Source: Barthelona sp. PAP020 (taxonomy: Eukaryota). From it: a stretch of DNA of 47,940 nucleotides. The notes below the pieces were generated by a model, which had not been told where the DNA came from, did not search any database, and saw only the letters and a program-made list of their open reading frames with translations. A program made the position numbers and the translations under genes. Numbering within the stretch: the first letter of the stretch is position 1; every line of letters begins with the position of its first letter. The DNA is taken from assembly GCA_040182905.1 (NCBI GenBank), contig JARQWU010000050.1:1-47940 (forward strand). Reading direction: 5' to 3'. Below, one piece after another: positions 1 through 9,900 of this stretch.

Positions 1-600
1 AGATTCAATTGCAGCCACTCATTTTCTGTGGCTGAGATTTAATGAAATGAGTTTTCTCTGATCACTTTTTCTTTGTAAATAAATATAGTTGTTTCACAAC
101 TTGACCAATTATTTCCAAGCCAAGAAGCACTGTGCGTATGAGTGAATAAAAGAGAATAGTGTTTGTTTGGTTAAAGGCTTTCGAGGCCCGATTGATCTGT
201 TGAACAACTTTAGATTTTTTGAGGTAAAGTTTAAACTGAATAATTTTGCTTTTGCCAAATCCAAAAAGGAAAAAAAGACAAGAAGTTCTTTCCCAATGAC
301 GCAACCTAGTCCATACAACAGCATTTCAGTTTGGATCTTACACCATGAGTTTTGATGGAAATTCACAGAAATGACTATTTGGTTTGCTTTCTCTGCAAAC
401 ACGCTTATGTCACCACTACACCAAAATTTCATGCCACTTTTATCATTTCTTATTGTTACCATACCAATTGTTGGAGTCCAACACAACAAGAACAAAAAAC
501 AATTATAAATGATGTTGTCTTTATTAAAATAAATTGAAGGTTGTCACACTAACAACATTGTAGGTTCATTGAAGAAATAAAAAAGGTTTCTTCAATGGAA
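1..600. repeat. Dispersed/tandem repeat family, copy 1 (core unit 111-260)
   Basis: Core ATTTCCAAGCCAAGAAGCACTGTG...GGCCCGATTGATCTGTTGAA...TTTTGCTTTTGC recurs at 2996-3146 and 47788-47940. Sub-block GAATGAGTTTTCT...GTAAATAAATATAGTTGTTTCACAAC recurs at about 3254-3318 and 4534-4590. Bases 530-600 resemble 3985-4055. Confidence 0.85.
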
Positions 601-1018
601 GACAAAGAGAAAATTTGATGAATACATATCGCGCTCTTCCAAGTTTAATTTGTGAATTTCGTGAGTAAAAATCTGTCAATACCATCACTATATCAACAAA
701 TCTGTAAAAATAAATTGGAACAGTGTCTTATAAAAAATATTCGAACAAACATAATTATGACAAACTTTCATAATTGTGCCACATTTTCACAAAGTTTAAA
801 TCAATATCGTAAGTTCACTTGGCTGCATCAATTCGAAAAAGGAAATCTTAAGAAAGAATTAATTAATATTGTGAAGAGTTCTCCACAAACGAGTCAATCA
901 ATCATCGAATTTCATTTTGCCAACAACTAAATTAAAATAATGCCTGATTTGAGGGATAAATATTGAATATACAAAGAGAAATGACAAATTTGGGGTTTCA
1001 TAATTTTTTTTGCCGACA

Positions 1019-2509
1019 ATGATTGTTAACACTGCAGTTGAGGAAACTGACCCTTATTTTAAGTATAATATGGATCGAGTAGTTGTTCCAGATGGGTTCG
1101 ATGTGGATGGATTTGAAGATAATGGTCGACCAAAGAAGATTTATAATGCAGCGCTTGAAGGTAATCTTGATGTTGTCAAGCAGTGTATCAAAACTGGCGT
1201 TGATGTGAACAAACAGGGCAAGAAAGGAAGGACATCGCTTTGGGGAGCTGCTTTAAATGGGCATATTGAAGTTGTTGAGTTTTTGTTGGATTTTGGTGCT
1301 GATGTTAATTTGTGTATGAATGTGGGATATTCTCCATTATATGTTAGTTGTCAAAATGGTCATCTTGATGTTGCTAAAATTCTCTTGGATCATGGCGCTG
1401 ATGTTAATTTGTTTCCTAATGATGGTAGTTCTCCATTGTACGTCAGTTGTCAAAATGGTCATCTTGATGTTGCCAGAATGCTTTTGGATCATGACGCTCC
1501 TGTTAATTTGTGTAGGGACGGTGGATATTCTCCATTGTACATTAGTTGTCAAAATGGTTATCTTGATGTTGCCAAAATGCTCTTGGATTATGGAGCAGAT
1601 ATTAATTTGTGTATGAATGAAGGTGCTTCTCCATTGTACATCAGTTGTGAATTTGGTCATTTTGATGTTGCCAAAATGCTCTTGGATCATGGAGCTGATG
1701 TTAATTTGTGTGATAATAAAAGTTTTTCGCCATTGTACATCAGTTGTCAAAATGGTCATCTTAATGTTGCCAAAATACTCTTGGATCATGGAACTGATAT
1801 TAATTTGTGTAAGGATGGTGCTTCTCCATTGTACATAAGTTGTCAACTTGGTCATCTTGATGTTGCCAAAATGCTCTTAGATCATGGAGCTGATGGTAAT
1901 TTGTGTGATAATGATGGTATTTCTCCATTGTACATCAGTTGTCAAAATGGTCATCTTGATGTTGCCAAAATGCTCTTGGATTATGGGGCTGATGTTAATT
2001 TGTGTAGGCACGGTGGATATTCTCCATTGTATGTCAGTTGTTGGACAGGCCATCTTGATGTTGCCAAGATGCTTCTAGATTGTCCCGAAATAAACCTATA
2101 TCGTAAAGATATGCTGTTATTTTTCAACAGATTGTATACAAGTGATGAACAATGGAAAAAGAACAAATACAGTATTTTGAGCTGTCCCAATTTAAAACAT
2201 CAATTGGAGAGTGTCGAGCCTATTGATTTGAAATTTGAGCAATTTTCCAAATCCGAGTTAATTGAATTGGTGAAGAATGAGGGCTATCTTTTATCAACAC
2301 TTGTTGCAATGAAGGTAAACGGTGGCATCATCCGAGAATTTGTCAGTGCTGGAGTTTACATGAATCAAAGAGATTTTGACATGTCAATCAACTTATGTTG
2401 GGATTTGATTGACATCAATGAAAGGAATGGTGGTAATATGCGTCAGTATATTGATGAAGAGATGAAAGATGATGAGAGTGATGAGAGTGATGACAACGAT
2501 GATGATTAG
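1019..2509 (+). CDS. Ankyrin-repeat protein (about 10 repeats) with an unassigned conserved C-terminal module and acidic tail
   Basis: Repeated GxSPLYISCQNGHLDVAKMLLDHGADVNL ankyrin consensus. First ATG at 1019 (the ORF track starts at TTG 1010), stop TAG at 2507-2509. The C-terminal 61 aa align without gaps to the WD40 protein at 35691-36896. Confidence 0.92.
   Translation: MIVNTAVEETDPYFKYNMDRVVVPDGFDVDGFEDNGRPKKIYNAALEGNLDVVKQCIKTGVDVNKQGKKGRTSLWGAALNGHIEVVEFLLDFGADVNLCMNVGYSPLYVSCQNGHLDVAKILLDHGADVNLFPNDGSSPLYVSCQNGHLDVARMLLDHDAPVNLCRDGGYSPLYISCQNGYLDVAKMLLDYGADINLCMNEGASPLYISCEFGHFDVAKMLLDHGADVNLCDNKSFSPLYISCQNGHLNVAKILLDHGTDINLCKDGASPLYISCQLGHLDVAKMLLDHGADGNLCDNDGISPLYISCQNGHLDVAKMLLDYGADVNLCRHGGYSPLYVSCWTGHLDVAKMLLDCPEINLYRKDMLLFFNRLYTSDEQWKKNKYSILSCPNLKHQLESVEPIDLKFEQFSKSELIELVKNEGYLLSTLVAMKVNGGIIREFVSAGVYMNQRDFDMSINLCWDLIDINERNGGNMRQYIDEEMKDDESDESDDNDDD
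1325..2081 (+). repeat. Intragenic 99-bp tandem repeat array (8 near-identical ankyrin units)
   Basis: Nucleotide unit TCTCCATTGTACATCAGTTGTCAAAATGGTCATCTTGATGTTGCCAAAATGCTCTTGGATCATGGAGCTGATGTTAATTTGTGT repeats every 99 nt; one unit is 96 nt. Confidence 0.95.
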
Positions 2510-2879
2510 TGAGTTAGATATTTTTTCTTCACATATAAATCATAGTTTATTCTTTTTTTTTTGATATAGTCTCTGAGCAAGGTTCGTTAATAACTGAGTG
2601 ATTTGAAGAGGGCTTGGAATGTTTCATTTTGGGAACTTTAACTTCACATTGAACTTCCTCTTTCATTTGCAACAAAACTCAGATTCTTTGTCTAAAAAAA
2701 CAGAAAATACCTTGTTGGACAATTCTTTATAAAAACAAAAGAGCAATTGCTGTCTTGCATGGTGTTGTAGCTGTTAAACAGTTCATCATGAAATTTTCGT
2801 TGTGCTATTTAATAATGAAGGTAATGTGCTACAAATCTCTTTTAGAGTGATCAAAACCAATATTTCTATGTTTACCCAA

Positions 2880-4060
2880 GAAAATTGCACCAAATTTTCC
2901 TACTTGATCGTCGAAGTTACATTCCTTTAATTGTCCGCTTTGGTTTTTGCTAAAATTTATTTAAGTGAGTTTTTTGGATCTATTTTTTTGTAATTATTTC
3001 CAAGCCAAGAAGAACTGTATGTATGAATGAACAAAAATGAATAGTGCTCATTTGTTTAATGGCTTTCAAGGCCCGATTGATCTGTTGAAAAACTTTAGAT
3101 TTTCTAAGGTAAAGTTCAAACTTTAAAATTTTGCTTTTGCAAAAATACAAAAAGATAGGAATGAAGAATTTCTCCGAAATTCTCCTACTTGATCGTTCAA
3201 ATTACATGTCAGTCCCTCAATTCCCCTCCTGGGATTTTGACTGAAATTTGCTAGAATGAGTTTTCTGAGTTTACTTTCTTTGTAAATAAATATAGTTGTT
3301 TCACAACTGGACCAATTTTCTTTTGTTTCTCTCTCTCTTGTAAATAGATATAGTTATTTCACAATTGGACCAAAAAATTTTTCATGAAAAGAAGGAGGAA
3401 GAGCTGAAAATTTTGATCCGATAAAAATAGTCCCCTTCTGAACAACTCTCATTTTATTTATTTTTATTTTTTATTTTTTTAAATTTTTATTTCTCTCTCA
3501 AGAAACCCATCAAGAATGAGTGAATTAGAAAAAATCATGTTTATTTGGTCAAAAACTTTCAAGGTTCAATGGATATGATAACAACTTGGAATTTCTTTAA
3601 AGTAAAAGAAACTTAAAAAGACAAAAAGGAGGAATCAATTTTCAAATATCATACTTAATCCACATTGAATTTCAGTCCCTCTATTTTCCTCCTTCGGGTT
3701 TCGGTTAAAATTTGCAATTAGTTTTTTGGGTTCTTCTCATTTGAATAATTGCAGTTATCTAGTCAGTGCACCAAAATTTCTACATTCCCATTTGATCATC
3801 AAAAATGAAGTTTGGTCACTCTTTTCCTTTGTAAAATGAGTGTTCTCAGTTATTTGTTTTCATGTGTACAAATTTGTTTCAAGGTTAGACCGATTTTCAA
3901 TATGTTTTTATCATTTCTTGTTATCTCCAAATCAACAGGAACAAAAAAATATCAATTGCGAATGAATTTACCTTTATTTACTTCAATTGAGGGTTGCACA
4001 CACCAACAACTCTAGAGACTTTCATTGTTTAGGAATTGAAAGTGATTCTTCAAAACATTA
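2880..4060. repeat. Degenerate tandem array of the same repeat family (best core copy 2996-3146)
   Basis: Sub-blocks recur in the same order: AAATT(T/C)TCCTACTTGATCG at about 2892 and 3177 (weaker near 3640), then the GAATGAGTTTTCT block at about 2963, 3254 and 3338, then the core at 2996 and, degenerate, near 3490. Confidence 0.8.
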
Positions 4061-4479
4061 ATCTTGCTGACTCTCTTGCAAATCTCTTTTTAAGATCGAT
4101 AATGTGAATTTTTAAAATGAGGAGCTTTTAGGCCTAATTACAATTGATCTTGAACCTTTATTGTGATTGTTTTAGACTTCACTGCAAATTCAAATTCAAG
4201 ATTTGAATCAATCTGAAGCATTGTAAAAAACGCTATTTCTTTGCTATCACCTGTTCTGGAAAATCCAATTTGAAGTTGATTATCAAATACAGAACTTGTA
4301 TGAACTTGCAAAGCAGAAGTTCTGTTGTTTCACCTCAGCAACAGTAGTAAAAGCTCTGATATGCTAAATACACTATTATTTGAATGAAAGTTCTCTTTAT
4401 ACATTGATCTATTTTGACTTGAGAAGAATGAGAAACTTTCTATTTTAAGCTGGTTGATTAAAGTGTTGATACCAATCCT

Positions 4480-4590
4480 AGAAATTAAATTTGAGTTCCC
4501 AATTCCCACTGTAAGTTTGACTGAAATATTCTTGAATGAGTTTTCTGTTTCATTCTCAGTAAATACATATGGTCGTTTCACAACTGGACT
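4480..4590. repeat. Partial copy of the repeat family
   Basis: TTTGACTGAAAT...GAATGAGTTTTCTG...GTAAATACATATGGTCGTTTCACAACTGGAC matches about 3237-3312. Confidence 0.7.
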
Positions 4591-5044
4591 ATGTTTTTAT
4601 TTTATTAGCCATTAACATAATGCAAAGCCAATCAAATACTCCTCTTTAACATTGAAAAGAATTCTTTTTAAAGTCCTTGTATTTTTGATTTTTATTAATG
4701 ATATTAAATAACCAGTAATGCTTTGTGAAAGAAGTATTTGTTTATTTTTTTTGTCTTTTGAAAGTAAATAACAAATAATACTTTATTTGATCGTTATCCA
4801 TGAGCACTTACATGTCTTAGTATTATCAAAGTGATTTGAATCTTGAATCAGCATTAAAAGGTATTGCAAAGATATTTTTTTTACCAAATAAAAAAAAAAG
4901 AATATTTGTGGAGTTTTTATTATAAACAAACCATATTAAGTAAATGTTTTGAGTGATGGATGTAAAAAAGAAGCACTTTGAAAATTTTAAAATTTTGAAC
5001 AATAAATAGAATTGGATGTAATATTGTTTGTTTTTCAATATGCA

Positions 5045-6640
5045 ATGTGTACGATAGGATCAATTGCATATAATTATGCGAATTTAGTTGAAGCTATTTG
5101 TGGAAAAGTTGATAATGATATTATTTATCATCTTGAACCAAATGATGTTGGTGATTTAAAAAGAGTTTTATTAGCATTAAACCCATCATATTTACATACT
5201 GTCTATGCAAATCTCTGGTTATACATTAGAATAGATGAAGACACTACCTCTGAATTTCTTGATGAAGTTTTCAAAATTATTTCTTTTTTTCAAATTCAAA
5301 GACTTGTATTACGTTTTTATGTTGATGATTTATCTATTTTTACTGTGATTTCAAAAATTTCTTCAATCAATCTTGAAGTTCAATTTTATTTTGCGGTAAA
5401 TAATTCTGATGATCAAGAAGGATGGATATTCTATCACAAGATAAGAGGATTTTTTCCATTTTTCTTGCCAGTAATTTTTTTTGATGCTAATGAAGGATTG
5501 AATGTGTGTTGGCAAGGTGAAAAGATTGGTGCTATGGTCATTGAGGACTCAATTTATTCGGATTGTGATGTTGTACTTTTGGATGAAATTGCATTTAATC
5601 ATACTTGTCCAATATTTTCCAATCCATTAACAGTGAATTCTCTTGTGAAATCTAAGCATTCTATGCTAAATGCAGAGCTTCCAATGGAACCTTTACAACC
5701 TTTGTCTCATTCTTTAGATATTTTGACATATTCGATCTTTGAAAGTGATTTAGAAAAATATAATGCTTATGCTCAAGCTTTTTTGTCCATATTACCTAAT
5801 TATTCTTCTCCTGTGGTAGTTTATGCAGGAGCAGGTCGAGGAGCAATTCTTAAAGCAATTGTTGAATTGGCTGAAAGTGAAAATATTGATCTGACGTCAA
5901 TACACTTTGTTTTAATTGAAAAGAATCCTTTAGCCATTGAATACTTGAAGCAAGTTGATTTTGGCATCAAACCTTATATTATGTGTGGAGATGTTCGTAA
6001 CATTCAAACATTGATACCTAATACAGAGCCAGACATCGTGATTTCTGAATTACTCGGATCATTTGGTGATAATGAGCTTGCTCCAGAATGTTTGACATTT
6101 TTAAGCAGATTTGATTCTCCTCCTCTTTCTATTCCGTTGAATTGTTATTCTTTTGTGATGCCAATATGTGATCTAAATGCATGGGAAGCCATTAAGAACT
6201 TAGACAAAGAGAATTCAAAAAGAAATTTCGAAAAGATGTATGTTATGAATTTAGCGAAATATTGTTCCTTATCTTCGTTTCAACAATGTTGGGGGTTTCA
6301 ATTTGGAGAAAAAATTGAAGAAAAATTCGTAAAATTAGAATTTCCTGTCACAATTACTGGAGTTTGTCATGGTTTTGCTGGATTTTTTTCTGCTGATTTA
6401 ACAAATCAGCTTAGTATTGGCAATCACTTAGAAAAGTATGCTTCTTGGCATCCGGTCTATTTCCCCATCGAAAAACCTTTTTTTGTTATTGCTGATGAAT
6501 CTATCATTGAATTATTTCTTGCTCGAAAATTCAATGAAGAAAAAGTTTGGTATGAATGGGCTCTTAGTGATGGAATTACATCAACAACAATTCATAATCT
6601 TAATGGAAATACTTCTTCTTATGGATTGAAATCTCTTTAG
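5045..6640 (+). CDS. PRMT5: Protein arginine N-methyltransferase 5 (type II PRMT)
   Basis: PLQPLSHSL...TYSIFE, GAGRG SAM motif, IEKNP, double-E loop DIVISELLGSFGDNELAPECL, SWHPVYFPI, KVWYEW, IHNLNG. First ATG at 5045. Confidence 0.93.
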   Translation: MCTIGSIAYNYANLVEAICGKVDNDIIYHLEPNDVGDLKRVLLALNPSYLHTVYANLWLYIRIDEDTTSEFLDEVFKIISFFQIQRLVLRFYVDDLSIFTVISKISSINLEVQFYFAVNNSDDQEGWIFYHKIRGFFPFFLPVIFFDANEGLNVCWQGEKIGAMVIEDSIYSDCDVVLLDEIAFNHTCPIFSNPLTVNSLVKSKHSMLNAELPMEPLQPLSHSLDILTYSIFESDLEKYNAYAQAFLSILPNYSSPVVVYAGAGRGAILKAIVELAESENIDLTSIHFVLIEKNPLAIEYLKQVDFGIKPYIMCGDVRNIQTLIPNTEPDIVISELLGSFGDNELAPECLTFLSRFDSPPLSIPLNCYSFVMPICDLNAWEAIKNLDKENSKRNFEKMYVMNLAKYCSLSSFQQCWGFQFGEKIEEKFVKLEFPVTITGVCHGFAGFFSADLTNQLSIGNHLEKYASWHPVYFPIEKPFFVIADESIIELFLARKFNEEKVWYEWALSDGITSTTIHNLNGNTSSYGLKSL

Positions 6641-6920
6641 TTTTACAAACACATTTCACAATTAATTATTTTTTGTTTACAATATTTATTTTTAATGAAT
6701 ATTTTATTCACCCCTCCAAATAAGAACTTTTTTGTGTCAATTTTGATTCTTTCAAAATGATAAAGTTATTAAATTTTTCTCTGACAATTATGATTTGAAA
6801 ATAAATTATTAAACCATTTATTGTTAATTTTATTCATTGAAGATGAATGTGAAAGATCATGTGAAGAGATTGATTAATTATTTTTTTTTTATTTGAAGAG
6901 GTGATTATGTATTTTTCAAT

Positions 6921-9900
6921 ATGATAAGAAAGATACTTCCGATAATATTAATTTTCATATGTATGTTAATAAGCAGCGTTTGTGGAAAAATTGTCTTTTG
7001 TAGTTATGAGGGTGGATATTTTCGTTTTTTTCCAAGGGTTGTGTGGAAAGATATAACATACATCGATTATAATACCCAAAATGAACTTCCTTTTCGTGGA
7101 TATAATAAAATTTTTGAAGATATGATTGTATCGCATTATAATTATTCAGAAAAAATTGAATTTAGATATAATATATTCAATAAAACAATTTTAACTGAAG
7201 AATGTGATGTGTATTTCAGTTATTCAGAAGAGAATAGAACAGATGAAAATTCGTTTACATTTTTTCAGGATTACATTGGATTTTTCTATAAATCATCATC
7301 ATTTCATGATTTATTAACAACAGAGGTTATATTAAAACCGTTAGCATTATTTGATGGGTTTTCAGATTTTGGTTTTGACTTAAAATATGTCAAACATCAA
7401 TTTCTTTATTCTTATTTGGATTCAATGATTCATCCTATTATAAAAGATACTTCAGCACTTGTTTTACCATTTTCAATGGGATTTTTGAATAGTTTTTTAC
7501 GTTTAAATACACACGATTTTATTTCAGATTATTATGACATTTCTATTGGGTATTCAATCGGTAAACCAATATTTTTAAACATCAATTGCAAAGACAAAGA
7601 TTTGATTGACATGTTGAAAGTTAATTCCTTCAAAATTCCGGAAATACCTATTTTTAGAAAGGAAGAAAAGGCTGTCTCTTCCTTTTCTTTGGTTGATATG
7701 AATCAAATTATCTTCATAATAATACCATTTTTATCATTGTTACCATTTATAACTTTCTTTTCCTCAAAGATGCCTTTATTATTGATTCCAGAGCCTATTT
7801 TTAATATTATTCGACAATTTCCTTTTTTAATTGCCAATAAACAAAGGAAAATTATTGGAATATCGGATAAACTGTTGAATTCAATCAAAGCTTCTGGAAC
7901 AAATTGTATTTTAACCAACGAAGATGTTTTTAGGCAAAAAAAAATTGAAGATTTATTTCCTTTCTTCAACAGAACAAGTTTCATTTCTAATGAAATGGAT
8001 ACTCTTAATAACACTGGAACTACTTGTGTTGATGAAAAAAGTATAAAAGCAATCACAATTCGGACCAAATTTTGTTGTTTTGATTCAGATTCAAGAAATC
8101 AAACTTATGAGGACAATGAAAAGAACTTGGAAAGTGATAGTAAAAGAGTTTATTCAATAATTAAGCATTCTGCTGGATTTGAATTGCCACCACATTATTA
8201 CATGTTTCAATCAATTTTTTTTAAGTCCATTGACAATGAAGAAGGATTTGATTTATGGGTATTTAAAGATGTTGATGAAGATTTTAAACGAGTTTTTTCG
8301 TTAATGGACACTCATAACGGATTTTTTGAGATAAAATTGGAAAAATTATTGAGCCTTTTGGAAAAGCTATCATTTTCTTGTTCAGATCTATTATGGAGAT
8401 ATCGTACAGAAGTTTTTGGTTTAGTAACACCTAGTAGAGTTGAAATGAGAAAAAAATTTGTTAAGTATGGAAAGAATGAGGATGATTTGTTGCATTTTTT
8501 AAATGATTTATTCCCTAAATTGCGTTGTGTGAATGATGAAAAGAATAATAATCATCTAACAGGTTCTACAACAATAAACGATCAAAATTCAAATCTAAAC
8601 CTGATCAATGACATGATTTTGGTAAATAGCAATACAACCACATCTACTTCCATATCTAATATTCTAACTGATCACAGTAATCTTGATGAAGGCCAATTAA
8701 ATAATGAATTGGACGATGGGTTTGAAACAATGCATGATAACAAGACTAAAAACCCAGATGAAATTGAAGAAACATTAAATCCCTTGATGAATGATGACAT
8801 TGATAACATGGTTCATAAGCTGGTTGACGATTTGTTTCATGTTGAAAAAAATTCAACAAAAAAAGAACAAATCAATCTTGACAATGAACAAAACAACAAT
8901 TATGAATCAAATATTTCAGCTTTAACAGAATTAAATACAAATATGACTGATTTGAAAGAGATACAATCATTAGAGACATTGGGAGGAGATGTATTTGTTA
9001 TTGACAGAGATTTACAGGATAAACGATTAAAAGATGCATATAACACTCTTAACAAAGATCTAAAATTGTATTTTTCAATATTTGAAAGATTTATCAATTT
9101 AACCCATTCAAAAATGAAATCTTGGAAAATATATCAGCAATTTTTAAGTTCTTCCTTATATATGACACGAACAATTGCGACATTTGATCTTTTATATTGT
9201 TTAATAAAGTTAATAAAAGAGTTGAGTGATAATAATGTTGAGTTTTTTATCAAGTTAAATTACAAAAGATTGACGTTGAACAAAAACCATTCTTATGGTT
9301 ATATAATTAATAAGATTCCTTCACAATATCGTTGGTATCCCATTGGGAACAGTAATGAAATCAATCTTTTTCAATATATGAAGTTACAATTAACTGTTTT
9401 AAAAACTTGGTATTTAGTTCAGTTTCAAAAGTATAAATATTATTATAAGAGTGAAAAGTTGGATATATACATAAAATTAGATATTTTGAATTATCGTAAG
9501 ATGGTTTACAGTGAAGAGTTTGATGAATTATCAAATGAGATTGTGTATGGAGATAGTATAATAGATGATGTGAAGATTCCAAGTGATAAATTGGTTGGGA
9601 TACAATATCATGGGTTTATCAATAGAGAACATATTAGTTATTTAAATTTAGAACAAGTTCGAAATTTATTATATAAGGATTTTTATTCTCGTTGGATTTT
9701 CAGCAACTTTTATCATTCCACGAGAAAGATTCGAGGAAAAGTATCGATTGTATCCTTACAAACAGACACAAAATGTCTCATTCCAGTAGCATATTTACCT
9801 CTTGCTAACCAAAAATATACAGTAAATGAATACATTTCAGAAGATAACCCTTCACTCCTTTCCTTTTCAAGTGCTAACATTAAACAAATAAAACAAGTGG

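Noticed and set aside
62..930. Short ORFs at the window start (62-304, 109-495, 167-355, 352-537, 652-930)
   Set aside because: They lie in or beside the repeat family and show no recognisable domain; the 109-495 frame has a stop in the other copies.
1325..2081. CRISPR-like or DGR-like reading of the constant/variable repeat pattern
   Set aside because: Units are in-frame ankyrin codons in a eukaryotic gene; there are no unique spacers, cas genes, reverse transcriptase or evident adenine-specific template/variable pair.
1320..2190. Alternative-frame and antisense ORFs over the ankyrin array (1320-1616, 1337-1855, 1617-1838, 1884-2078, 1981-2190)
   Set aside because: Shadows of the 99-bp tandem repeat; they repeat with the same period and have no independent signal.
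4060..4581. Decayed transposon ORF on the minus strand (including ORF 4330-4581)
   Set aside because: Fragmentary frames with no RT, endonuclease or DDE motif that I can identify.
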